The notes under the pieces are model-generated. The model had not been told where the DNA came from. It was given only the letters and a program-made list of their open reading frames with translations, and searched no databases. From contig CAVZJB010000013.1 in assembly GCA_963775425.1 (NCBI GenBank), positions 1-64,000 on the forward strand: a stretch of 64,000 bases of DNA, written 5' to 3'. Made by a program: the position numbers and the translations under genes. The stretch is from an uncultured delta proteobacterium (GTDB lineage Bacteria; Myxococcota; UBA727; VGSZ01). Shown here piece after piece: positions 47,370 through 56,870 of the stretch; the stretch's first letter is position 1; each line of letters begins with the position of its first letter.

Positions 47370-49118
47370 ATGAGTATGCAGCCCGGCGGGATGCTCCCCG
47401 GCCTCGAGCCGCAGGGCCCCAACACCAAGCGTCTCCTCACCACGGTCCTCCTCGTCACCGTGATGTGGATCGGCTTCACCTGGCTGATGCCGCAGAAGGC
47501 GCCGCCGCCAAAGCCGACGCCGCCGACGCCCACGGCGACGACGCCCGCGCCGGACACCGGCACGCCCGCGGCCGCCACGCCGCCCGCCGTCGGCGCCGAC
47601 GGCGCGCCCGTGGTCGCCACCGAGGAGGCGCTCCCCGAGGAGAAGCACGTCGTCGAGGCGGACGTCGCCAAGGCGTCCAAGGCGGACACCGTCAGCGTCA
47701 AGGGCGGCTATCGCGCGGAGATCACCAACCACGGCGCCCAGCTCTCCGGCTTCGTGCTCACCGGCTATGACGACGCCGACGACCGGCAAAAGCCCATCGA
47801 CCTCGCCGGCGCAGACTTCCAGGGCGCGCGCATGCTGGCGCTGCGCTCCCGCGGCGGCGACGTGCAGCTCGCGGCGGACGCCTCGTACAAGCTCGTGTCG
47901 TCGGACGACCACCAGGTGGTCTACGAGCGCATGACGCCCTCGGGCGTGCGCGTCACGCGCACGTACACCTTCGACCCCGACAAGTTCGCCTTCACCGACG
48001 AGGTCGTGCTCAAGAACGAGTCGGCGGCCAAGAAGACCGCGCTCCTCGACGTCGTGCTCACCGGCCGGGAGCGCGACAACGAGCGCAGCCAGGGCGGGAT
48101 GTTGTCCGCCAAGACCGACCTGCTCGCCGGCGCCTGCAAGGTGAACGACAAGCGCGAGACCTTCACGTCGAAGAAGGTGGAGGACGAGGCCAAGACCTAC
48201 GCCGGCCCGGTGACCTACGCCGCCATCGACCGCCACTTCTTCCTCGCCGCCCACGTCCTCGATGGTGACACCACCGAGCGCTGCCTCGTGCAGCCGTGGA
48301 AGGTGCAGGCCACCGGGGAGAAGGCGCCCTCGGCGCGCGGCTTCCAGATCGTCGTCGAGCACGCGCCCATCGAGCTTCAGCCCGGCGAGTCCAAGACTCT
48401 CAAGCACGAGAACTACTTCGGCCCCAAGCAGGTGGGCCTGCTGTCGGACTTCGGCCACGACCTCGGCGAGAACATCAACTTCGGCATCTTCGGCGTCATC
48501 AGCCGGCCGATGCTCTGGGTGCTCGTCAAGCTGCACTCCTTCACCGGCAACTTCGGCCTCGCCATCATCATGCTCACGCTGATGATGAAGGCGCTCACCT
48601 TCCCGCTCACGCAGAAGAGCTACGTCTCGATGCAGCAGGTGAGGAAGTTGAAGCCCGAGATCGACGCGCTTCAAAAGAAGTTTGGACATGACCGCACCGT
48701 CATGGGCCAGAAGCAGATGGAGCTCTACAAGGAGAAGGGCGTCAACCCGCTCGCCGGCTGCTTCCCGGTGCTCATCCAGATGCCCATCTGGTTCGCGCTG
48801 TACCGCACGCTGTCGCAGGCGGTGGAGCTGTACCAGCAGCCCTTCGCCCTCGGCATCCTCGACCTCACGGCGCCCGACCACCTCCTGCCGTTCGGCATCT
48901 CGCTGTTGCCCCTCATCGTGGGCGGCCTGATGTTCTTCCAGACCTGGCTGCAGCCGCCGCCCGCCGATCAGCCGCAGATGAAGTACATGATGTGGTTCAT
49001 GCCCGTCATCTTCACCTTCATGATGTTGAGCCTCGCGTCCGGGCTCTCCATGTATATGATTACGAACAGCTTGCTCACCATGGTGCAGCAGCTCTACATC
49101 AAGCGAAAGTACAGATAG
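47370..49118 (+). CDS. yidC: Membrane protein insertase YidC
   Basis: N-terminal TM, periplasmic domain, YFGPK, GNFGLAII, NPLAGCFPVLIQMPIWFALY, SGLSMY...QQ. Confidence 0.95.
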   Translation: MSMQPGGMLPGLEPQGPNTKRLLTTVLLVTVMWIGFTWLMPQKAPPPKPTPPTPTATTPAPDTGTPAAATPPAVGADGAPVVATEEALPEEKHVVEADVAKASKADTVSVKGGYRAEITNHGAQLSGFVLTGYDDADDRQKPIDLAGADFQGARMLALRSRGGDVQLAADASYKLVSSDDHQVVYERMTPSGVRVTRTYTFDPDKFAFTDEVVLKNESAAKKTALLDVVLTGRERDNERSQGGMLSAKTDLLAGACKVNDKRETFTSKKVEDEAKTYAGPVTYAAIDRHFFLAAHVLDGDTTERCLVQPWKVQATGEKAPSARGFQIVVEHAPIELQPGESKTLKHENYFGPKQVGLLSDFGHDLGENINFGIFGVISRPMLWVLVKLHSFTGNFGLAIIMLTLMMKALTFPLTQKSYVSMQQVRKLKPEIDALQKKFGHDRTVMGQKQMELYKEKGVNPLAGCFPVLIQMPIWFALYRTLSQAVELYQQPFALGILDLTAPDHLLPFGISLLPLIVGGLMFFQTWLQPPPADQPQMKYMMWFMPVIFTFMMLSLASGLSMYMITNSLLTMVQQLYIKRKYR

Positions 49119-50666
49119 ATGGGTTTCCGCAAACATCGTCGCCGCGGGGGCGGCGGAGGCGGCTTCGGCGGCCAGCACCAACGCCATCACCACCACGGAT
49201 ACGGCACGGGCGAGCCCAACGGGCTCCAGCCGGGTGACGACGTCGGCAACCGCCGCTCGTTCAAGCCGGTGCAGATCCCCCCCGAGGACCTCGGCAACCG
49301 CAAGGACCCGGACGAGGCCGAGTGGATCCCCGATGAGGACTGCGGCAACCGCATCGACGCCGCGCCCACGCACGCGCTCTCCGGCGTGCTGTTGGACCTC
49401 GACGGCCGGCGCCGTCGCCGGCGCCCCAAGGGCGTGTCCGCGCCCGAGCGCGTGGGCCGCTACTTCGTCGGCGGCGTGAACCCCTTGATCGCGAGCAACG
49501 TGCCGCGCGCGTTCCCGGGCAAGACCCTCGAGGAGTCGATGAACGGCTCGTCCGACGTCCGCGTCGCCGACACGGGCGGCGGCGGCCCCGGCGACGACGG
49601 CTCCGGCGACGGCCTCGACGAGGGCGGCGGCGGGCGCCGGCGCCGGCGCCGCGGGCGCGGCCGTGACCACGTCGACGGCGTGGCCGCGCAAGAGGTGAGC
49701 GAGCGCCGGGCGCAGCGCTTCTTCGACTTCGAGGAGGACGACCGCTTCGACTACACCCTGAAGACCACGGCGGAGCAGAAGCGCAAGGACGCCGAGGACG
49801 CCGTGCGAAACGTCGTCGTCGAGGCGGGGCGCGACGCCACCGTCGCGGCGCGGCTCATCGAGGACGGCGACAAGCCGAAGGTCCTGGTGACCATCGACGA
49901 GCGCGGCCCCGCTCCCTCGCTGCCGCCGCAGCGGCGCTCCGAAAACGCGCAGGAGCCGCTGTTCGTGATGGGGAACGCGGCGTTGATGTCGCTGAACTAT
50001 CTGGCGAACAAGATCGTCAACCGTTTCCCCGACGACCGCATCCGCCTCGCCATCCTGCCCGCGGCCGATCAGAAGCTCTACCTCGACGCGCTCGAGGAGC
50101 ACCGTCGCACGCGGCGGCCGAAGAACGGCGCCACCGCCGCGCCCCTGCCCGCGGCGCCGGCCGGCCGGCCCACGGAGAACGCGCGGGAGGCGGCCGCCCT
50201 CGACGCGGACAACGCCCCGGCGCCCGTCGTGACGGACGAGCCCGCGGAGGAGCCGCCGCTCAACGCGAGCGAGCGGGAGGAGTCCCTGTTCGCCGCGGTC
50301 GACGTCGAGCCGGCGGTGCACGAGGCCGACGACGACGCGCAGAGCGACGACGCGCAGGGCGACGACGCGCAGGGCGACGACGCAGCCGCCGTGGAGGCAG
50401 CGGCCGCGGAGGCAGCGGCCGCGGAGGCAGCGGCCGACGAAGCCGACGAAGCCGGTGAGGCGTCCGCGGCCCCCAAGCGCGCCGCGAAGAAGAAGGCTGC
50501 GGCGAAGGCGCCCGCGAAGGCGCCGGCCAAGGCGCTCGCGAAGGCGCCGGCCAAGGCGGCGCCGAAGAAGGCGCGCGCGAGCGAGGTCGAGGACAAGCCC
50601 AAGCGCCCTCCGGCCAAGCGCGCCCCCAAGAAGGTCGAGGTCGCGCGCGCCCGCCCGAAGGCTTAG
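49119..50666 (+). CDS. Divergent Jag/EloR(KhpB)-like protein with long disordered regions
   Basis: Directly after yidC; LFVMGNAALMSLNYLANKIVNR...RIRL resembles the Jag KH domain; Arg/Gly N-terminus; acidic then Ala/Lys tail. Confidence 0.55.
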   Translation: MGFRKHRRRGGGGGGFGGQHQRHHHHGYGTGEPNGLQPGDDVGNRRSFKPVQIPPEDLGNRKDPDEAEWIPDEDCGNRIDAAPTHALSGVLLDLDGRRRRRRPKGVSAPERVGRYFVGGVNPLIASNVPRAFPGKTLEESMNGSSDVRVADTGGGGPGDDGSGDGLDEGGGGRRRRRRGRGRDHVDGVAAQEVSERRAQRFFDFEEDDRFDYTLKTTAEQKRKDAEDAVRNVVVEAGRDATVAARLIEDGDKPKVLVTIDERGPAPSLPPQRRSENAQEPLFVMGNAALMSLNYLANKIVNRFPDDRIRLAILPAADQKLYLDALEEHRRTRRPKNGATAAPLPAAPAGRPTENAREAAALDADNAPAPVVTDEPAEEPPLNASEREESLFAAVDVEPAVHEADDDAQSDDAQGDDAQGDDAAAVEAAAAEAAAAEAAADEADEAGEASAAPKRAAKKKAAAKAPAKAPAKALAKAPAKAAPKKARASEVEDKPKRPPAKRAPKKVEVARARPKA

Positions 50667-50693
50667 CGCGCGCAGGCACGCGGCGGCGGAGCG

Positions 50694-51314
50694 CTACTTC
50701 GAGGCGGTGGCGAGGCGGGCGGCTTCGGCGTCGTCGATGAGGTGGCCCATGCGGCGGCCCTTCACCTCGAGGTAGCTGCGCGCCGGCCCGGGGACGTGGA
50801 CGAGGTGCGGCACGCGGCGGGCGACGCTGATGCCGGCCTCCTCGAGGCCCTCGACCTTGAGCGGGTTGTTGGTCAGCAGCGCCACGGAGCGCACGCCGAG
50901 CTCCCCGAGGATGGCGGCGGCGACGGCGTAGTCGCGGGCGTCGTCGGGGAAGCCGAGGAGGCGGTTGGCGTCGACGGTGTCGTAGCCCTGCTCCTGCAGC
51001 GCGTACGCGCGGATCTTGTTGCCGAGGCCGATGCCCCGGCCCTCCTGGCGCAGATAGACGACCACGCCGCGGCCGCGGCGGGCGACGAGGTCGAGGGCCC
51101 GGTCGAGCTGCTGTTTGCAGTCGCACTTGAGGCTCCCGAGGACCTCGCCGGTGATGCACTCGGAGTGCACGCGGCACAGCACGTCCTCGCCGGCGACGTC
51201 CCCGGCGACCAGGGCGAGGTGCTCGACGCCGCCCGCGGCGCGGTAGACGACACACCGCAGCGCGCCGTGCACCGTGGGGAGGATGGTCTCTGCGTAGCGT
51301 TCCAGTGTGTCCAC
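50694..51314 (-). CDS. ribA: GTP cyclohydrolase II
   Basis: RVHSECITGEVLGSLKCDC, QEGRGIGL, DTVDAN, LLTNNP; GTG 51314. Confidence 0.95.
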   Translation of the reverse strand: MDTLERYAETILPTVHGALRCVVYRAAGGVEHLALVAGDVAGEDVLCRVHSECITGEVLGSLKCDCKQQLDRALDLVARRGRGVVVYLRQEGRGIGLGNKIRAYALQEQGYDTVDANRLLGFPDDARDYAVAAAILGELGVRSVALLTNNPLKVEGLEEAGISVARRVPHLVHVPGPARSYLEVKGRRMGHLIDDAEAARLATASK

Positions 51315-51482
51315 GGACCCTCGCCGTCGACGACGCAGACCCGGTGCGGTCGTCGCATGCGGGCGGACGCGCACGTCCGCCTACTTTCACCGGGTGCCAA
51401 GAGCCGGGCTCGGCACCCTGTTTTGCTTGCTGTTTTTAAGATGACGCCACCAGTCGTGCGTTGCAACCGGTAGATCCCTGGA

Positions 51483-51510
51483 TTGACGTTCTGAAACGGG
51501 AGCTTAGATT
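51483..51510 (+). promoter_or_regulatory. Putative sigma70 promoter
   Basis: TTGACG-N16-TAGATT in an AT-richer intergenic region upstream of GGAGA and ATG 51548. Confidence 0.5.
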
Positions 51511-51547
51511 TCAGGGGTCGGTCCCGGCGGACCGCGGAGAGACGACC

Positions 51548-51952
51548 ATGCCGCTTTTCGAGTATCGCTGCACCGCTTGTGAGCACCTCGAGGAAGTCCT
51601 GCAAAAGCACGGCGAGCCTCCGCCCGACGTCTGCCCCGTGTGCGGCAAGAAGAACACGATGCACAAGGAGCTGAGCCTGACGTCGTTCCAGCTCAAGGGC
51701 GGCGGCTGGTACAAGGACCTGTACGCCTCGTCCAAGCCGGACAAGAAGACCCAGTCCGACTCGAGCTCCTCGTCGTCATCGAGCGCGTCACCTTCGAGCT
51801 CCTCGTCTTCGAGCGCGTCCCCCGCGTCGAGCTCGTCGTCGTCGTCGTCGTCGGGCTCGTCGTCGTCGTCGTCGAGCGGCACGTCGTCGAGCGGCTCCGC
51901 GCCGACGTCGTCGCCCAAGGGCTCCGGCAAGAAGGGCGCCGCCGCCGCCTGA
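51548..51952 (+). CDS. FmdB-family zinc-ribbon protein with a Ser-rich tail
   Basis: MPLFEYRCTAC...CPVCG...FQLKGGGWY; poly-Ser. Confidence 0.9.
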   Translation: MPLFEYRCTACEHLEEVLQKHGEPPPDVCPVCGKKNTMHKELSLTSFQLKGGGWYKDLYASSKPDKKTQSDSSSSSSSSASPSSSSSSSASPASSSSSSSSSGSSSSSSSGTSSSGSAPTSSPKGSGKKGAAAA

Positions 51953-51964
51953 CCGGCGCGCTGC

Positions 51965-53320
51965 TCAGCGCGGGCAGAGCTTCGGATCGTCGACGAGCTC
52001 GAGCTTGACGCCGCCGTCGGCGGCGAGCGTCCACTTGTACAAGCCCGGGTGCGTGTAGCTGTACACGAGGGGCACGGGGGGAAACGGGCGGCTGTCGCCG
52101 CCGGGCACCACGCTGAGCGCGCGCTCCGCCGAGGCCACGCTCGGCCGATAGGTCTCGTGGTCGCCGAGCATCGGCGTGTGCGTGCCGGAGATCTCGCGCC
52201 AGCGGATGTCCTTGTGAAACGGGAGCTTGCCGCCGACGCGGACGCACTCGCGGCGGGCGCCGCCGCGCATGTGCTGCACGAACGTCGACGTCACCGAGTA
52301 GATCTCGCCGCCGCGCAGCACCGCCCGCGTGTCGTGCACCACCGGCGTGCCCTGCTCGCTCGTCACGATCCAGAAGCGCACGGCTTCGCGCGGCACCTTG
52401 AGGTCGAAGCCGGTGGGCGTGCCCTTCTTGCGGTTGAACACCTCGACCGCGTCGACCCACAGCGACTGCACCGCGTCGTCGACGATGAGGTGGGCGCTCG
52501 CGTCGCGCTTCTGCGCGCTCGGCTGAAGCTCCGTCCGCCAGAAGTGCACCAGCGGCCGCAGCTCCGCCGGCATCGCTCTTTCGTCGAAGCGTTGGATCTC
52601 CTTGAGGCGGCGCTCCGGCGTCCACGTGCGCAGCTCCGAGCGCAGCGACGCCGCCACCTCCGCAAAGAGCACGCGCTGCGCCTGCGCCGACGGGTGCGCC
52701 CGCATCTCGTCGACCAGGCCCGGGTCGAGCGCGGCCAGGCTCTTCAGATACAGGTCGGCGCCGTCCTGCTCGAGCACCTCCTCGTCGGGAGGCCCGTCGC
52801 CGACGTACAGGCGCATCTCACCTGCGTCGCCGAGCGTCACCGAGAGCACGTCGGACGACAGCGACACCGCGTCCGGCTTCACCGTGAACGTGCGCGCCGC
52901 CTGTCCACGCTTGCCGATCGTGACGCTGACGTCGACGGGCAAGCCGGAGAACGTCGCCTCGCGCAGGTCCTTGTCGAACAACACCGCCGTGGCCCTGGAG
53001 CACCACGCGCCCTCCACCTTGCGCGGCACCAGGTCGACGACGCCGCGCCAGGGCGCGGGCAGCGCGAGCGACACCCGCAGGGTCGGCAGCGCCCTGTCGC
53101 CGGCGAGCGCGAACGTGACGTGGTGCTCGTCGACGACGAGGGAGCTTTGCGCGCCGACGGCGTCGAGCCCCGTGAACAGCCGCGCGAACGGCCCCTTGCC
53201 GAGCGCCGGCACCGCCGCCTTGAGCGGCTCCTTCTTGCCCGCGCACGGCGCGTCGGCACCGACGTCGGCGTCGGCGCCGGCGACGGCCGCGAGGGCGAAG
53301 GTGACGACGAACGGGAGCAC
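51965..53320 (-). CDS. Hypothetical secreted protein
   Basis: Signal peptide (LPFVVTFALAAVAGADA); GTG 53320 lies 7 nt after TACAGT; the track start is 53329. Confidence 0.65.
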   Translation of the reverse strand: MLPFVVTFALAAVAGADADVGADAPCAGKKEPLKAAVPALGKGPFARLFTGLDAVGAQSSLVVDEHHVTFALAGDRALPTLRVSLALPAPWRGVVDLVPRKVEGAWCSRATAVLFDKDLREATFSGLPVDVSVTIGKRGQAARTFTVKPDAVSLSSDVLSVTLGDAGEMRLYVGDGPPDEEVLEQDGADLYLKSLAALDPGLVDEMRAHPSAQAQRVLFAEVAASLRSELRTWTPERRLKEIQRFDERAMPAELRPLVHFWRTELQPSAQKRDASAHLIVDDAVQSLWVDAVEVFNRKKGTPTGFDLKVPREAVRFWIVTSEQGTPVVHDTRAVLRGGEIYSVTSTFVQHMRGGARRECVRVGGKLPFHKDIRWREISGTHTPMLGDHETYRPSVASAERALSVVPGGDSRPFPPVPLVYSYTHPGLYKWTLAADGGVKLELVDDPKLCPR

Positions 53321-53377
53321 CGCCCGCACTGTAACCGAGACCGGCCACCGCCGGGCGACGCCGCGAGGCTCGCGCGC

Positions 53378-54925
53378 TCAGCGCGCCGACTTCAGCGCGG
53401 CCTTGATCATGTGCAGGCTGCCGCGCGGGGCCACGCCGGCGTCGACGCGGCCTTCGCGGCCCGCGGTGCCCGAGCCGCCGCCTGCGCCGCCGGCCCCGTC
53501 GGCGCCGCGCGCGGCGCGGTCGCTGCCGCAGGAGTCGCCGTCGCCGCCGCCGCCGCCGTTGCCGCCGAAGCCGCCGCCGCCGGGGGCGCCGCCCTGCACG
53601 CTCGCCCGGACGGCCGCGAGCGCGGCCTTGCTGTCGGCGCGGATGCGCACGTGCCCGCCGTCGCCGCCCCGCCCGCCGGGGCCGCCGTTGCCGCCCGTGC
53701 CGCCGGCGCCGCCGGGGCGGCAGGTGTCGCCGCTGCCGAAGGCCCAGCCGTTGCCGCCGCCGCCGCCGCGCCCGCCCGAGCCGCCGGGGCCGCCGTCGGC
53801 CGCGATCAACAGCGGGCCCGCGGTCTTCGGGTCGAACACCGCGAGGTTGACGCCGCCGCCGTGCGTGGAGACCGCCGCGAGCACGAGGTCCTCGCCGCCG
53901 GGGCCGCGCAGGGAGGTGGCCTCCACCGTGACGTCGAGGCCGCGCGCGCCGTCGCCGCCGGGGCCGCCGGGGCCGCCGGGGCCGCCCGCCTGGCCTTCGG
54001 AGCCCGCGCCCTGGCCGGAGTCACCGAAGTTGCCCGAGCCGCCGCCGCCGCCCTCGAAGTTGAACCAGGGCTTGGGACAGCCGAAGTCGGGCTTGAGGTC
54101 GAGCGTGGCCTGCACGTTGGTCGGCGCGTCCACCTTGACGGTGACGATGACGTCCTTGCCGAGCGCCGCCAGCGACGTGCCGAGCGGCGAGACCACGGCG
54201 CTCCTGGTCTGGGTGAGGACGCCGTCGGGGTTGCTGGTCCACTGAAACCAGCCCGCGCGCGAAGCGTCGAGCTTGATGTTGCGGCCCTTTTCGTCCTTGG
54301 CCACGAGGGGCTTGAGCGCCGTGGCGCCGACGGTGCAGAAGCTCTGCGCGCCGCTCTTGGTGGCCAGCTCCACGGACGCGACCGTGGACTGGGTGGCGCC
54401 GCCGCTGCCGTAGCGCGCGCTCTCGAGCGAGGCCGTGGCGTGCTTCACGTCGAACATGCGGTTCTTGCCGCTCGCCTTCTGGTTGCCGTCGTACCAGAGG
54501 TAGCCGCCGCCGACGGCGCCGGCGAGGCCGCCGAAGAAGGCGGCGTAGTACACGAGGGTGTCGCCGGTGCCGCCGAGGATGGGCTTGGCGTTGCTGCCCG
54601 ACGTCGTCACCACGTAGTAGCCGAGGCCGCCGACAATCATGCCGGCGCCGGTGAGCCCGAGCGCGACGCCGACGGGTTGGAACATCTCGCCCTGGGCGCG
54701 CTCGGCGCGGATCTTCTCCGCCGACTCCTTGTCGCCGACGAGGGAATAGAACTCCTCCTCGTCGAGGTGGTCGTCGCCGCGGATGAAGCTCCCGTTCGGC
54801 GTGATCTCGACGTCGTCGCCGCTCTCCTCGAGGTGGCGCGCGGGATCGGTGACGCAAGCGCCGCCGACGGCGACGACGGCGCTGAGGGCCACGGGGACGA
54901 GACGGGAGAGAGGAAGGGTTCGCAT
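53378..54925 (-). CDS. Lipoprotein/membrane protein with a Gly-rich (GGxGGx) C-terminus
   Basis: Lipobox GGAC; two hydrophobic segments; GGPGGPGG/GGxGG tracts. Confidence 0.7.
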   Translation of the reverse strand: MRTLPLSRLVPVALSAVVAVGGACVTDPARHLEESGDDVEITPNGSFIRGDDHLDEEEFYSLVGDKESAEKIRAERAQGEMFQPVGVALGLTGAGMIVGGLGYYVVTTSGSNAKPILGGTGDTLVYYAAFFGGLAGAVGGGYLWYDGNQKASGKNRMFDVKHATASLESARYGSGGATQSTVASVELATKSGAQSFCTVGATALKPLVAKDEKGRNIKLDASRAGWFQWTSNPDGVLTQTRSAVVSPLGTSLAALGKDVIVTVKVDAPTNVQATLDLKPDFGCPKPWFNFEGGGGGSGNFGDSGQGAGSEGQAGGPGGPGGPGGDGARGLDVTVEATSLRGPGGEDLVLAAVSTHGGGVNLAVFDPKTAGPLLIAADGGPGGSGGRGGGGGNGWAFGSGDTCRPGGAGGTGGNGGPGGRGGDGGHVRIRADSKAALAAVRASVQGGAPGGGGFGGNGGGGGDGDSCGSDRAARGADGAGGAGGGSGTAGREGRVDAGVAPRGSLHMIKAALKSAR

Positions 54926-55074
54926 GGGCGCGGACCCTACGCGCCGCCCACGCGCGCCGCAGCGGCCCCCGTCACACCCGTGCGCGCACCACACGCGCCG
55001 CGGCGGACCGGGCCCGTCGTGCGCACGGAGCTGCGGGCGCACAAAGCTGCGCGCACGAACAGCGGCGCGACCCG

Positions 55075-56298
55075 CTACGGGGCGACGCTGGCGGCGTAGA
55101 CGGCCTTGCCGTCCTTCACCTGGAGGACCACGGCGGGCTTCACGGCGTTTCGCTCGGCGTTCAAGGTGATGTTGCCGGCGACGCCGGGGTAGTCCTTGGT
55201 CTTGGCGATCTCGTCGCGGATGGCCGGGCCCGACAAATCGTTCGCCCGCTCCATGGCCGTGATGGCGACGTTGGCCGCGTCATACGCGAGCGCCGCCAGC
55301 GACTCCGGCTTGTTGCCGCCGTACTTGGCCTCGAAGGCCTTCACGAACTTCTGCACGTTGGGGTTCGGATCGTCGGGCGAGTAGTGGTTGGTGTAGTAGC
55401 TGCCGTCGATGGCGCTGCCGCCGAGCTCGAAGAGCTTCTCGCTCTCCCAGCCGTCGCCGCCGAGGAGCGGGGCCTTGATGCCGAGCTCGCGCGCCTGGCG
55501 GGCGATGACGCCTACGTCGGTGTAGTAGCCGGGGACGTAGATGGCCTCGGGCTTCTTGCCCTTGAGCGAGGTGAGCTGCCCGCGGAAGTCGGTGTCGCCC
55601 TTGGAGTACGCCTCCTCGCCGACGATCTTGCCGCCCATCTTGGTGAACTCCTCGGAGAACACCTTGGCGAGGCCGAGCGAGTAGTCGCTCTTGTTGTCCT
55701 TGAGGACGGCGACGTTCTTCACCTTGAGGTTGTTGGTGGCGAACTTGGCCATGGCCAGGCCCTGGAAGGGATCGATGAAGCAGACGCGGAAGATGTAGTC
55801 GCCCACCTGGGTGACGGCGATGTTCGTCGACGACGGCGTGATCATCGGGACCTGCGCGGCCTGGGCCTTGGGCGCCATGGCCAGCGAGTTGGACGACGCC
55901 ACCTCGCCGAGGATGAGCTTCACGTGGTCCTGGTTGATGAGGCGGGTGACGGCGTTGGCGGCCTCTTCGGCCTTGCCCTGGTCGTCGTAGACGCGGACGT
56001 CGAGCTTCTTGGTGCTGCCGTCCTTGAGCTTGATGCCGCCGCGGGCGTTGGCCTCCTCGATGGCCATCTGGATGCCGTTTCTCGTCGAGATGCCGAACGT
56101 GGCCTCGCTGCCGGTGAGCGAGCCGACCTCGCCGAGGAGGATGACGTCGTCCTTGGGCTCGGTGGGCGCCGATGGCTGCGAGGTGGCGCCGGCGCCGGCG
56201 GCGTCGCCGTTGTTCTCGCCTCCCTGGGCCGCGCGCTTTTCGCAGCCGAAGGCGAAGGTCAACGAGGCGGACAACAACGAGACGGCGAGCGCACGCAT
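55075..56298 (-). CDS. LivJ/LivK-family branched-chain amino acid binding lipoprotein
   Basis: Lipobox AFGC; GEVASS, PMITPSST, YIFRVCFIDPFQG, DTDFRGQL, GGDGW, YDA. Confidence 0.92.
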   Translation of the reverse strand: MRALAVSLLSASLTFAFGCEKRAAQGGENNGDAAGAGATSQPSAPTEPKDDVILLGEVGSLTGSEATFGISTRNGIQMAIEEANARGGIKLKDGSTKKLDVRVYDDQGKAEEAANAVTRLINQDHVKLILGEVASSNSLAMAPKAQAAQVPMITPSSTNIAVTQVGDYIFRVCFIDPFQGLAMAKFATNNLKVKNVAVLKDNKSDYSLGLAKVFSEEFTKMGGKIVGEEAYSKGDTDFRGQLTSLKGKKPEAIYVPGYYTDVGVIARQARELGIKAPLLGGDGWESEKLFELGGSAIDGSYYTNHYSPDDPNPNVQKFVKAFEAKYGGNKPESLAALAYDAANVAITAMERANDLSGPAIRDEIAKTKDYPGVAGNITLNAERNAVKPAVVLQVKDGKAVYAASVAP

Positions 56299-56357
56299 GG
56301 AAAACCTCCGGATGCGGGCTTGTACCAGGGTCCGGTGTCACGAGCTACACTCGATGC

Positions 56358-56870
56358 GTGCGCCGCTTCGTCGTCGTCGCCGTGCTGGTGCTTTGTGGCT
56401 TCACCGCGAGGGCCACGAGCGTCTACGTGCTGTCGCTCGCGCAGATGCGCGCCCGCGCCGACGTCGTCGTGCGCGCGCACGTGGTGGCGCAAGAGACGGC
56501 GCTCGAGGGCGACAGGCCCGTGACGTACACAACCCTCGACGTCGTCGAGGTCTGGAAGGGCGCGGCGCCGCACGAGCGGCTGGTGCTGTATCAGGCGGGC
56601 GCGCTCGACGGGGTCCACGTGCGGTGGATCGCCGGCGCGCACGTGTTCTCCGTCGGCGACGACGTGGTCATCTTCGGGGAGCGCGTCCGCCACGCCGGAA
56701 ATCCGGTCGTGGTGACGCTCACGCTCGGCTACGGCACGTTCGCCGTGGACGGCCAGGGCGCCGTGCGCGAGGACGCCGGCGGCGCCGTCGACGTCGTCAC
56801 CGGCCGGGTGACCCGGCCGCGCGCGTTCCCGTCGGTGCAGGCGCTGCACGCGGCCGTGGAGCGCCCGTGA
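56358..56870 (+). CDS. Secreted protein coupled to the matrixin gene
   Basis: Signal peptide then ATSVYVLSLAQMRARADVVVRAHV...VVEVWKG; GTGA overlap with the protease. Confidence 0.7.
   Translation: MRRFVVVAVLVLCGFTARATSVYVLSLAQMRARADVVVRAHVVAQETALEGDRPVTYTTLDVVEVWKGAAPHERLVLYQAGALDGVHVRWIAGAHVFSVGDDVVIFGERVRHAGNPVVVTLTLGYGTFAVDGQGAVREDAGGAVDVVTGRVTRPRAFPSVQALHAAVERP

Noticed and set aside
51315-51547. FMN riboswitch or sigma-54 promoter between ribA and the FmdB-like gene
   Set aside because: No RFN consensus recognised; CGGCAC...TTGC has GG-N11-GC spacing, one base too long.
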